Below are positions 31,476 through 40,999 of a stretch of DNA of 62,005 bases, in pieces. Both the position numbers and the translations under genes were made by a program. The stretch is from IMG/VR virus record IMGVR_UViG_3300037247_002096, positions 1 through 62,005 of that record; one strand, given 5' to 3'. Source of the stretch: a virus (taxonomy: Duplodnaviria; Caudoviricetes). The notes under the pieces are model-generated. The model had not been told where the DNA came from, ran no database searches, and saw only the letters and a list, made by a program, of their open reading frames with translations. Position 1 is the stretch's first letter, and each line of letters starts with the position of its first letter.

Positions 31476-31715
31476 ATTAGCTTAGTGAATAGATACAACG
31501 TTCGATAGGGATTCGTGGCTAATGAAAAAAACTAAAATACATACAAATTTGCCCCTGCGGAAACAAACCTACCTTTCGTGCCACGAATCCGTAGTTACCT
31601 GTGCCCAAGGGGGCATTCACAGTTTAGCACAAAAACTCGTTTTAGTGCCTCGGTATTCGCGTCTTATTTTTTGTGGTACTCGATATTAAGTAAACAAGCC
31701 CAAAAAGTCAAGGTC

Positions 31716-32039
31716 ATGACTGACAACGAATTAGAACGATCAGATAAATTACAAAATGAATACTGGACGTTAATGGCCAATGTCATGGGCTTGCACCAAA
31801 TCATTACTAAAATTTATGCCCAATTAGACTCTGCCCAGGAGGGGCTAGACCACAACAAGACCAAATGTTCCCTGGCCGAAGCGAAAAAAGTGGCCGCTTT
31901 CTTTGATAAACAATTTCCGGATGGCATTGAGTATGTGATTGGTTGCCATGAAATGGAAATCGAAGAACTCAATGACGACATTGCCGCCGAGAAGTTTGAT
32001 CCTATAACGGCGTTAAAAACAGAGATTTTTAGGTGCTAA
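31716..32039 (+). CDS. Hypothetical protein
   Basis: ATG (MTDNELE) preferred over the upstream GTG. Confidence 0.55.
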   Translation: MTDNELERSDKLQNEYWTLMANVMGLHQIITKIYAQLDSAQEGLDHNKTKCSLAEAKKVAAFFDKQFPDGIEYVIGCHEMEIEELNDDIAAEKFDPITALKTEIFRC

Positions 32040-32238
32040 TAAACCGGAGTCGCCTTCCCTTTAAGGCGGCTTCCATCCGGGTCCGGCACGTGCAGTGGGA
32101 AGGCGTGTCGGGCTTGGGATAATCAATACCTTTTTTTCATGGGGATGGAAAATGCAATATGAGGCTTCCGTTGAAAACCAGCATTAAGAAATTAATCCCA
32201 GAAAAAACATTGCAAAAATTGATGGAAATATAAGAGCA

Positions 32239-32457
32239 ATGACCATACAGATGAAAAAAAGGAAAAGCAAACTTGAGATCACCTGTCACGCTTGCGGTGA
32301 ACTTATTAAAAGAAATTCTGATGTTGCATGGGTTCCTATCGGACCTGGAATTAACAAAAAAGAAAGAAGGAAATGCAGAGATGGCGACACATACAATTCG
32401 ATTGGCATTGAAATTCATTGGGTGTGTGCCACAGGCGAGGAATCGAAAGAACAATGA
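32239..32457 (+). CDS. Small putative zinc-finger protein
   Basis: CHAC...HWVC. Confidence 0.5.
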   Translation: MTIQMKKRKSKLEITCHACGELIKRNSDVAWVPIGPGINKKERRKCRDGDTYNSIGIEIHWVCATGEESKEQ

Positions 32458-32519
32458 CCAACCAACCGAGCGGGGATTGGTGGGATGACAAACTAGACGA
32501 CTTAAAAGGGAAATAAAAA

Positions 32520-32915
32520 ATGAAACTTTACCATTTCACTGCGGATCAATTCTTATACGGGATTAGAAATGAAGGCATCACCAAAGGCGTTTTCCCTCTT
32601 TTAAAAAAAAATGAATTGATCTTTATTAAAGATTGCCAATGGTTGACAAAAAATTCCAGCTACGAACAACCCTGGCATGACCCCGAATTTTCCACCCTCC
32701 CTTACGACCGCCGAAGGAACCGCCTCACCATAAACATCCCAAAAAATCAACGACATCAATTAATGGATTGGAAAGCTATTAAATTCGTGTTCGGAGATTA
32801 TATTATAAAAGATTTTGATTTCGATGATGATTGTGAAAATTGGTATATTTTCAAAGGAAGAATAAAGCCTTCCTGGATACGACTGATTGAAAAACGAGAT
32901 GCGGTGCCGGTTTAA
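32520..32915 (+). CDS. Hypothetical phage protein
   Basis: MKLYHFT start; 131 aa. Confidence 0.65.
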   Translation: MKLYHFTADQFLYGIRNEGITKGVFPLLKKNELIFIKDCQWLTKNSSYEQPWHDPEFSTLPYDRRRNRLTINIPKNQRHQLMDWKAIKFVFGDYIIKDFDFDDDCENWYIFKGRIKPSWIRLIEKRDAVPV

Positions 32916-32937
32916 CTTTAAGTTTGAAAGAAGAACA

Positions 32938-33609
32938 ATGAAGTGGTTCAAACATGATACCGATGCTGAAGATTCGGAGGGATTGAACGTGTTGATTGAC
33001 AATTTTGGGATGGAAGGTTATGGAAGATGGTTTCGGTTACTGGAGACCATCGCCAAAAAAATGGAGCGCGGATCAAACCGTTGTCATGTAGAATATACCG
33101 AGGGCAAATGGTGTGAGATTCTTAAAACAAAACGCAAGAAATTGAGTTGCTTCCTGACAGTAATCCAAAAGCAACTTAAAACAAAAGTAAAACGAAAAGG
33201 CAACAAACTCAGAATCGAATGCCCTAACCTTCTGAAAAAACGAGATGAGTATTCAGAAAGAACCCGATACTCTCCCGATAAAGTAAGCCTTAAGAATAAA
33301 GAAAAAAGAATTAAGAATAAACTTATAAGAAAAGTCTTGCCACCTCCTGGGGTGGACCCTGAACAATCCAAAAAATGGAGCAAGTGTTTAGGTCATATCG
33401 AGGCTCAAATTTTACCAGAAAACTTTACAACTCTTTTTGAGACGATGGCTTTTGCCGGGGTAATGTCTGGCAAGGCCAGTTTGATTTGTAGCGATAAAGA
33501 CCATTCAGATTGCTTATCTGAAAACTACACAGACCTGATCCAAGCGACCATGACGGAAATATTCGACAAGCCGTTGACACCTGAATTTGTGATTGAGGCG
33601 CGATTATGA
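32938..33609 (+). CDS. Replication initiator-like protein (DUF4373-like N-terminus, DnaA N-terminal-like C-terminus)
   Basis: MKWFKHDTDA...GMEGYGRWFRLLE; C-terminal W..CL..IE.QI.PENF.T.F resembles DnaA domain I. Confidence 0.7.
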   Translation: MKWFKHDTDAEDSEGLNVLIDNFGMEGYGRWFRLLETIAKKMERGSNRCHVEYTEGKWCEILKTKRKKLSCFLTVIQKQLKTKVKRKGNKLRIECPNLLKKRDEYSERTRYSPDKVSLKNKEKRIKNKLIRKVLPPPGVDPEQSKKWSKCLGHIEAQILPENFTTLFETMAFAGVMSGKASLICSDKDHSDCLSENYTDLIQATMTEIFDKPLTPEFVIEARL

Positions 33610-33950
33610 AAATCACAGCAACCAATGTTGAAAACGCAATCTGCGATTACATCCGCGCACGAGGTGGGTGGGCCCGCAAAATTCATGTCCTGCCAATACC
33701 CATAAAAAAGAAGTTTGGTAGTCAATGGTTGCTTGTCGGCTGGCGGAAAAATCCTAAAATGGTTGGCTTGGGCGATGTATATGTCATGGAAAAAGGTATC
33801 ACCACTAGGGTCGAGGTCAAACGGCCAGGTGATACTGAATCAGTGGAACAGAAAGCCGACCGGGGAATCTGGGAAAGGGCGGGCGGACCGTCACTCATCG
33901 TTAAAGATATCGACGACTTTATAAAACAATACAAGAGGCTTAGAATGTAA
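33606..33950 (+). CDS. VRR-NUC-like nuclease
   Basis: GLGD...VEVKRPG...S.EQ. Confidence 0.75.
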   Translation: MKITATNVENAICDYIRARGGWARKIHVLPIPIKKKFGSQWLLVGWRKNPKMVGLGDVYVMEKGITTRVEVKRPGDTESVEQKADRGIWERAGGPSLIVKDIDDFIKQYKRLRM

Positions 33951-34282
33951 TGAAACCGGTTAAAATCGACCAATATAAATGCGGAAATTGTGGAAACATT
34001 GAAAATGTTTTTGCAGGCAAAACCCCAAATATGATGACTATCATTGTGGTTGGCAATGAGCATCAATGGTGCCCGGACTGCGTTTATAAAATCGAATCAT
34101 GGCGTATCCACGTCGATGAAGAGAATTTGACCAGGACTTCAACTGATAAGAAAAAAGACGCTTTAGAACTTAAAGACCTAATTGACGGGATGGAAAAACG
34201 CTTGAAAAAACATTCCAAGCCGATGCAACATCTGAATCTAGAAACGGGTCAGATCACCAAATTTCCGCAAAATGCCGGGTGA
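33950..34282 (+). CDS. Zinc-ribbon hypothetical protein
   Basis: CGNC...CPDC. Confidence 0.6.
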   Translation: MKPVKIDQYKCGNCGNIENVFAGKTPNMMTIIVVGNEHQWCPDCVYKIESWRIHVDEENLTRTSTDKKKDALELKDLIDGMEKRLKKHSKPMQHLNLETGQITKFPQNAG

Positions 34283-34332
34283 TGACCGCCAAAGTTGAAT
34301 AGCTGTTTATTTTTTTCCCACTTTAACAGGAG

Positions 34333-35403
34333 TTGAAAATCATGGAAATAAACAATTTAAAAATCTTCGTTCGCGGTGCTTACGATCTACAAAAACTTCG
34401 TATCCAAATGGGGAATCGTATCGTTGCCAATTTCAAGGCGCGATTGGGCCAAAAGGCCGGTGAAAGTGAAGAAACCCTGGATGAAAAGGGTAAAGAACTG
34501 CTATCGCAAATTAGGAAAAGTTATAAAAAAATAACCGACAATGTAAAAACCTTCCCCCGACAATCAACATTTACTGGTGATCAGGTTATCAGCACGTTTA
34601 CCGAGCTTTGTTTGGTCGCACAATATGTCAGCCTTGAGACCCAGGAAGACAGCCACTTTAAAAGGCTGGGTTCCATGTTGAACGAGTATCCCATCTTTAC
34701 CGAATATCTCAAAGACGTTAGGGGCATCGGCCCAGCGATGGCTGGTGTGTTGATATCCGAAATCGATATCGAAAAATGCCAGTATCCATCCAGCTTGTGG
34801 AAATATTGCGGGCTTGACGTGGTTGCTGAATGGACATTGGACAGAGTTGTTGCTCTTGTTAATCCTGACAAAATTCCGCACAAGTTCCCTGAGAAAAGAC
34901 CTTTTTATATATTTAAAGACCAGTTTAACTTTTTGCACTTTGAGAAGGAAGGTGAGCCAAATGAATTGCATATTTTTTATAAAGAAAAAACCCTGAAAGC
35001 TAAATTAATTTATGTTTGGACAGGTGACCTTAAAGGACGTTCCAAGAAAAAGGAGCATTTGGTGCAAACTGAGTATATCGATAAAAACAATGAAGTGGCT
35101 TTTAAAATGGGCATCACTTTTAACCCATGGCTAAAATCCAAATTGATTGGTGTGCTGGCATCCTCATTTTTACGGGCGGGGGATAACATCTATAGCCAAG
35201 CCTATCGAGACTATAAAAACAGGATCGAGAATCACCCCGATCACCTTGAAAAGACAAAAGGACATCGCCATAACATGGCAATGCGCTACATGATTAAAAT
35301 ATTTTTAATCGACTTTCATAGAACTTGGCGAGCTATTGAGGAGTTGCCCGTTACCACCGTTTATTCTAAAGGCAAACTCGGAATTGTTCATAAAGCAGGA
35401 TAG
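34333..35403 (+). CDS. tasA: TIGR-associated (Tas) Nop/IS110-like RNA-binding protein with no nuclease domain (TasA-like)
   Basis: Coiled coil (YDLQKLRIQMGNRI), then GIGPAMAGVLISEIDI...SSLWKYCGL, FNPWLKSKL, HRHNMAMRYMIK; no RuvC or HNH seen; abuts a dual-repeat array; ATG at 34342 is an alternative start. Confidence 0.85.
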   Translation: MKIMEINNLKIFVRGAYDLQKLRIQMGNRIVANFKARLGQKAGESEETLDEKGKELLSQIRKSYKKITDNVKTFPRQSTFTGDQVISTFTELCLVAQYVSLETQEDSHFKRLGSMLNEYPIFTEYLKDVRGIGPAMAGVLISEIDIEKCQYPSSLWKYCGLDVVAEWTLDRVVALVNPDKIPHKFPEKRPFYIFKDQFNFLHFEKEGEPNELHIFYKEKTLKAKLIYVWTGDLKGRSKKKEHLVQTEYIDKNNEVAFKMGITFNPWLKSKLIGVLASSFLRAGDNIYSQAYRDYKNRIENHPDHLEKTKGHRHNMAMRYMIKIFLIDFHRTWRAIEELPVTTVYSKGKLGIVHKAG

Positions 35404-36337
35404 TCATGCCATATAAGAAACCCAATAGATAAGAGCGAGTCATAAAACTGAAGAAACCCAATATATGAAAGCGAGTCATTACATTATAGAAAACCATAAA
35501 AAGGAAGCGGGTCATTGAAGCAAAGAAACCCAAATCAATATAGCGAGTCAAAAAAATCCAGAAACCCAATGAAACGAAGCGAGTCATTAAACTTAAGAAA
35601 ACCAGAATGAAGAAGCGAGTCAACTATGGCTAGAAAACCAAAAATCTAAAGCGTGTCAAAAAGTAAAAGAAAACCAAATGAATGAAGCGTGTCAAAAAGA
35701 TTTAGAAAACCATATGAACGAAGCGTGTCAAGTAAAGAGAGAAAACCAATAATTCCAAGCGTGTCAATACTACATAGAAAACCAGTATCAATAAGCGTGT
35801 CATAGGAGAATAGTAATCCACTTTCCTAAAGCGGGCCAATAGTTTTTAGAAAACCAATAAAAGAAAGCGAGTCAAATTGAGGTAGAAACCCATTAGAGAA
35901 AAGCGTGTCATAAAAGCTTAGGAAACCAAAAAACTAAAGCGTGTCACTTCCAACGAGTAAACCTAATGAAGGAAGCGCGTCAATAAGAAAAAGGAAACCA
36001 ATATCGTTTAGCGAGTCAATGTATAGAAGAAAACCATAATGAGGAAGCGTGTCATAGTGAGCAAGAAAACCAAGAGGAAAAAGCGTGTCAATAGGCATGA
36101 GAAACCCACAGAAAATAAGCGAGCCAGTGAAAGCGAGAAAACCAAGCTAAAAGAGCGAGTCACAACCACTAAGAAACCCAACAATATGGAGCGTGTCAAT
36201 GAAGTTTAGAAACCCAATGTCTAGAAGCGAGTCACTACATCAAAGAAAACCATTATAAGGAAGCGAGCCACAGCAATAAAGAAAACCATAATAGTTAAGC
36301 GAGTCAAAAGACAAAAGAAAACCACAGAAGAAAAGCG
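35402..36337 (+). ncRNA. TIGR array 1: 26 units of 36 nt (AGTCA-spacerA9-AGAAAMCCA-spacerB9-AGCG)
   Basis: Parsed by hand; strict 36-nt period, alternating AGCGWGTCA and AGAAAMCCA repeats, variable 9-nt spacers. Confidence 0.92.
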
Positions 36338-36359
36338 ATTATCAAATAGGAATTTTTAA

Positions 36360-36545
36360 ATGATCTATGAATGTAAAATATTAAAACCAAATGGGAAATT
36401 GCAAAAAATTTATACCCAAAAAGACCTCAAAAAAAAATTCTGGGAAGAATTCAACTCAGACCCCCTTGGGAAAAGAGGCTCCAACCTCGGTAAACAGGAG
36501 CCAACTAAAATTAAGAATTTGCAAAGCAATATAATGGAGGAATGA
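36360..36545 (+). CDS. Small hypothetical protein
   Basis: 61-aa ORF directly after the array. Confidence 0.55.
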   Translation: MIYECKILKPNGKLQKIYTQKDLKKKFWEEFNSDPLGKRGSNLGKQEPTKIKNLQSNIMEE

Positions 36546-36772
36546 TTATGGGATGGTTCTGGCTAGTTTTTTTAATTTTACTTTTGATCGGTAATATTTG
36601 GCTTTGGCACAATGTGGGGATGGACAGAGGCCGTGTGGAATCTTTAAAATTGATGTTAGAGATTAGCAAAATCGTTACAGAACAAAAAATTGAAATTATG
36701 AAACTTAAAAAAAATAGAAAACAAATGAAAGTAGAATATTTTCACACCCATATATTTTCAACATACAACTAA
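36542..36772 (+). CDS. Small membrane-anchored protein
   Basis: GGAGG RBS; N-terminal TM segment. Confidence 0.55.
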   Translation: MIMGWFWLVFLILLLIGNIWLWHNVGMDRGRVESLKLMLEISKIVTEQKIEIMKLKKNRKQMKVEYFHTHIFSTYN

Positions 36773-36945
36773 AGGTTCAAGTCCGGAAGGTGCTTGAAAC
36801 CCAGAAGGGGGTGGCTCGGTGAAAATGCCACCCTCCTTCGCACTGATTACCATAAATGACCAATTCCATCAAAAGAAAAAGTATGGTATATAATGCAACG
36901 CACTGGAAAGGTCGGTGGCTTCGGTTTTCCGAAAGGGAGGATCCG

Positions 36946-37908
36946 ATGGCCGAATACATGGTCCAGCGAGGCGTCAACAAGATTTGGTATGCTCAGAAAC
37001 GCATCAACGGCTTGAGAATCAGAGATTGCCTGGGCACCACAGACGAACGTTTAGCACGTAAAAAATTCGCTGAATTAGAACTCGCTGTTGAAAAAGGAGA
37101 ATATAACTCGTTTAAAAAAGATTTCATGGTTGTTGTTGAGCAATTTCTTCCCACTGCGACGGTTCGTGAAGAGTTCATCATCCGTTGTCACTTGGTTCCT
37201 TATTTTTCCGCTTTTAAAATCGGAGAAATCAATGAATATGAAGTTTTCAAATACCATGAAGCCAATAAACTCAAACCAGAAAGTACCCTAAAAAAAGAGC
37301 TACGGTGCCTCAAAAAGATTGTCTGCCTAGGAAATCGAAATTTTCAACTCCCAAAACTGAAATTCGAGAATAAAGGCGAAAGATTCAATGAAACTCAGAT
37401 TCTCGAAGAATGTGACGTTTTAAATGTGATCAATCAATACGTATACCCTATATATCGAATTCCATGCTTAGTTTCGGCCTACTCCGCCTTACGCATGGGC
37501 AACGTGGTCCACCTTAAAAAGAAAAACGTCGATCTCAGAGATGGCTGGATCAACGTCCTTCAAACCAAAACCGGGCGACCGGTCAGCATCCCCATCAGCG
37601 GGAAATTGCGTAAAGTTTTCATGCAAATCAAGGTTTGGCCCTTAGGCGATGAGGACTTATTCTTCCCTGGAATATCATCAAAAGCCATGACAAACCAAGT
37701 TCTCCGGGCATTCAGACGTGCTGGCTTCTCCTGGGCCAGTTTTCATCATTTCCGACATTTTGCGGCTTGTTTCATGATCAACGCTGGTGTTCCCATCGAA
37801 GTGGTGCAAAAGATCCTCGGCCACGCTGATATCCGCTCAACACTCGTTTATGCACGTTTAAAAAGGCAAACATTAAAGGAGCACATGAAGGTTTGGGATG
37901 TAAAATAA
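36946..37908 (+). CDS. int: Tyrosine recombinase/integrase
   Basis: SALRMGN (R), QTKTG (K), HHFRH, LGH...TLVY; GGAGG before ATG 36946. Confidence 0.92.
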   Translation: MAEYMVQRGVNKIWYAQKRINGLRIRDCLGTTDERLARKKFAELELAVEKGEYNSFKKDFMVVVEQFLPTATVREEFIIRCHLVPYFSAFKIGEINEYEVFKYHEANKLKPESTLKKELRCLKKIVCLGNRNFQLPKLKFENKGERFNETQILEECDVLNVINQYVYPIYRIPCLVSAYSALRMGNVVHLKKKNVDLRDGWINVLQTKTGRPVSIPISGKLRKVFMQIKVWPLGDEDLFFPGISSKAMTNQVLRAFRRAGFSWASFHHFRHFAACFMINAGVPIEVVQKILGHADIRSTLVYARLKRQTLKEHMKVWDVK

Positions 37909-37926
37909 TCAAAAAAGGAGTCCGTT

Positions 37927-38445
37927 ATGATTCTGTTCACCCACGTTAGATATGGCATTCTCCTGGCCTTGGTTGCCATTTTGTTTGGCGGCTCACTGGG
38001 ACTTACGTTTGGTTGTTGTGAAGAAGATATAAAAGGATTTCTGAAAATACAGGCAGATTCCGTCTCCCAGGAAAAATATGGCGGGGTGCAGGAAAAGATA
38101 GATAAAGTCATCAATAAATCCTGGATCTATCTAAAACGCGCTCATCTGCATTCTCAAACCATGGGCGTCATTTCGATTGCCTTTTCACTATTGGTCGTCT
38201 GGGTCAATTTCCATCCCAAAATTCAAACAGGTGTTTCTTTATTAAGTGGGCTTGGAAGTTTGGGATACGGAATGTTCTGGTTGTTATCCGCCTTACTTGC
38301 ACCAACAATGGGCGGAACACACCAAGCAAAAGAAGCAGTCAGCTTGCTTGCCCAGGCGTCCGGGGCTTCATTTTTTTTGGCGGGTCTTACCTTATTCTCG
38401 CTTCTCGTTTATAAAATGTTTGCCAAAGTATCGGTTGTAAAATAG
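37927..38445 (+). CDS. Multi-pass membrane protein
   Basis: About four TM segments; RAHLH motif. Confidence 0.75.
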   Translation: MILFTHVRYGILLALVAILFGGSLGLTFGCCEEDIKGFLKIQADSVSQEKYGGVQEKIDKVINKSWIYLKRAHLHSQTMGVISIAFSLLVVWVNFHPKIQTGVSLLSGLGSLGYGMFWLLSALLAPTMGGTHQAKEAVSLLAQASGASFFLAGLTLFSLLVYKMFAKVSVVK

Positions 38446-38480
38446 TCAAATGAAAAGCGTTTGAATTAAAGGGGAGGGAA

Positions 38481-38732
38481 ATGAAAAAATTCTTTTTAGT
38501 TGAAGAAGTAGGTAAAAAAAAAGTAGGTAGGGTGTTGAAAATTGTTGTTCCTTTTGGACGAATAACCTTCCAAGAAATGAAAAAGTTAATGGATGAAAAC
38601 CAAATAATTCTGATCGATAATTATAAATATAAACTAATTAGTTTTGATGACGATATGTTGTTTCATAAGCCTGATGATGAGTTTACCTTTTTTGGGAAAT
38701 CGATGTTTGGCTTGTTGGTTGAGGATCCTTAA
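38481..38732 (+). CDS. Hypothetical protein
   Basis: G-rich RBS; 83 aa. Confidence 0.55.
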   Translation: MKKFFLVEEVGKKKVGRVLKIVVPFGRITFQEMKKLMDENQIILIDNYKYKLISFDDDMLFHKPDDEFTFFGKSMFGLLVEDP

Positions 38733-38746
38733 AATGGATATTTACT

Positions 38747-38962
38747 ATGAGAAATATTCTCACAAAAAAACAAGTAATGAAAATCTGTGGTTTGAGTTAC
38801 ACAACAATCTGGCGTGAAGAAAACGCAGGTCGTTTCCCCTCAAGAGTATCACTTACACTTAGGCGTGTTGGCTGGTTTGAAGATGAAATTGAAGCTTGGT
38901 TGGAATCCAGAGTCCGATTAAAAGAAAGCATAGAAGATGAAATTGACAATAGCTCAAATTGA
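38747..38962 (+). CDS. alpA: AlpA-family regulator/excisionase
   Basis: GLSYTTIWR...GRFP...RVGWFEDEIEAW. Confidence 0.88.
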   Translation: MRNILTKKQVMKICGLSYTTIWREENAGRFPSRVSLTLRRVGWFEDEIEAWLESRVRLKESIEDEIDNSSN

Positions 38963-39100
38963 GACGTGCGGCTTATCCTCTATACCCATCCCCATTAGAG
39001 GATGGGCACCGGCGGTTTAATACGTCTGTCGCACCGTGGAAAAGGACTGCGTCATATGGCGTAACACGGCGCACGTCTCATTCAATGAAAGGAATTCTAA

Positions 39101-39397
39101 ATGGCGTTTCATGGAGGATATGTTTTCCCCGTAAAATTTAAAGAAATTTTGTTAAGTAACCAACAAGGTGAACCAGAGGAACTTAATTTCCCCGGAATGA
39201 CTCGTCGGGATTGGCTAGCAGGATTGGCGATGCAATCTATCCTGGGAAATTATCAATATGTGTATGAATTGAGAAAAAAAATTGAAACAAAAACAAAAAA
39301 TATTGAAAACGTTGATGCGATTTTGCAAAAACTAATCAGTAAATTATCTTATAACTATGCAGATAAATTGATTGCTCAATCAATAAATGACATATGA
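39101..39397 (+). CDS. Conserved phage protein
   Basis: GMTRRDWLAGLAMQ motif. Confidence 0.7.
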   Translation: MAFHGGYVFPVKFKEILLSNQQGEPEELNFPGMTRRDWLAGLAMQSILGNYQYVYELRKKIETKTKNIENVDAILQKLISKLSYNYADKLIAQSINDI

Positions 39398-39544
39398 AAA
39401 ATGAAAGGGGGTGGGATGCGTAATTACTATAATCAAACATTTAAGGTGGGCCTGGTATCGCTTATTCTTTATGCGATTGTTTTGGCGTTGTCAAACTCGT
39501 AAGTACGTTCGTAATAACACTAAACCTACTGTGGAAAAAAAACT

Positions 39545-40975
39545 ATGATTATTTTAGCCAAAAGATTTATACCGATCCAAATGATGGTAATTTTTATCGT
39601 TGTATTGCTATCAGTATCCACAACACATGCGGCTCGCAACAAATGCGGAGGATGGGATCCATTGTTTAAAGCTTTAGAAAACGTGATTTGGAATAATATA
39701 ACAGTTGATCAAAATAGGAATCACTATTGCAAAAGATTGAGGATTGACCAACAGAAAAAATTATACTCAGCTAAATGGTCCTTAAAAACGATTAAAGATC
39801 TTGAATATTTTATCGTTAAGTTTAACCACAAAGCTGAGATGATAGAAAGGTCTAAACGTCCACCAGTTATCCCCGATGAAATCTTGAAATTATATCCCGA
39901 AGCCGCTGAGAAGTTAAAGAAAATGCAAAATCCTTCAAATTCCGATTATATCTCTAAATTAATTTCCGTAGAATCTGCGGAGTTGTTGATTGCTGAGACT
40001 AATGTGCTGATCCTCAAATTGAAAGAAAAAGTGGAAAAACAAGCGGCTTTGCCAAAAGACCCCGGAGAAGCGGACAAAGCCACGTTGGAGGGGATTGACT
40101 CTGACAATGACGGAGTACGCGATGACATTCAACGCTTCATTGCTTTTAATTTCATCCAGAAAGATAAATTACAGGATTTTCTGACTTTATATGCGAAAAC
40201 GTATCAACAAACCTTGTTAAATGCCAAGGATAAAATAAAATCGAGGCAAAATTACAAAACACTTCATAGTTTATTGAAATGTAGAATTTTTATGGAATTT
40301 AGATATGGTGGGCATTATATAATTCCAATAACTAAACTAATAAAGAAATTAATAAATACGGATTTAAGGAAGTTAGCAGATAAACAATATAAACTGCATT
40401 TAACAATTGTCGATTTGGATTTAAAAGGAAATGTTTTTGACCAAAAAGAATTTTGCCATTCTGATCTGGTTGACCATAACGAAGTGTCTCACCCAATAGA
40501 AGTAAAAATTGAACTGCCTGATGATCCCGGTAAAGCTGGCAAAGCCACGTTGGAAGGAATTGATTCTGATAACGACGGAGTGAGGGACGACCTCCAACGT
40601 TTCATTGCCTTGACCCATACGCATTCCGCAAAGTTCAGGGCTTACTTAACTCAAGAGGTAAAGAGTATGCAACGATCTTTGATCGTTGCTGACAGTAAAA
40701 TCTTGTCAGTTGAGCTTGCTCATAAAGGAAGTCTTGATAGTGAATGTGGGAGTTATATAGATTCGGTTACGGTTCATTCTTATCAATGGGGGAACCAATC
40801 CCCAGTTTTGGAATTACTTACCGAAGTTCTAAATACTAAAGAAAGAAGCCTGGCTTATATTCGTTACAACAGTAAACTTGGCGGTGAAATTTATGGATCT
40901 GGGGAACCAGCAAGATATGAAAAAACTCATTTAAAAAAATATTGTGAATTTGATCCCGACGTACTACCTAATTAA
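39545..40975 (+). CDS. Secreted protein with two DP.GIDSDNDGVRDD (Ca-binding-like) repeats
   Basis: Signal peptide; duplicated LP.DPG.A.KATLEGIDSDNDGVRDD.QRFIA. Confidence 0.75.
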   Translation: MIILAKRFIPIQMMVIFIVVLLSVSTTHAARNKCGGWDPLFKALENVIWNNITVDQNRNHYCKRLRIDQQKKLYSAKWSLKTIKDLEYFIVKFNHKAEMIERSKRPPVIPDEILKLYPEAAEKLKKMQNPSNSDYISKLISVESAELLIAETNVLILKLKEKVEKQAALPKDPGEADKATLEGIDSDNDGVRDDIQRFIAFNFIQKDKLQDFLTLYAKTYQQTLLNAKDKIKSRQNYKTLHSLLKCRIFMEFRYGGHYIIPITKLIKKLINTDLRKLADKQYKLHLTIVDLDLKGNVFDQKEFCHSDLVDHNEVSHPIEVKIELPDDPGKAGKATLEGIDSDNDGVRDDLQRFIALTHTHSAKFRAYLTQEVKSMQRSLIVADSKILSVELAHKGSLDSECGSYIDSVTVHSYQWGNQSPVLELLTEVLNTKERSLAYIRYNSKLGGEIYGSGEPARYEKTHLKKYCEFDPDVLPN

Positions 40976-40999
40976 AGGGTTATGGGGATGCGGTTTTTT

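Noticed and set aside
34333-35403. IS110 transposase / insertion sequence
   Set aside because: Lacks the N-terminal DEDD RuvC-like domain and the SG catalytic serine motif; followed by a guide array rather than IS ends.
35366-36199. Minus-strand hydrophobic ORFs (MTRF... repeats), also 53919-54206
   Set aside because: Artefacts of the A-rich 36-nt periodic arrays read in reverse.
35402-36337. CRISPR array interpretation of the 36-nt periodic arrays
   Set aside because: Two alternating 9-nt repeats with 9-nt spacers, no 23-47-nt repeat and no cas genes; fits TIGR rather than CRISPR.
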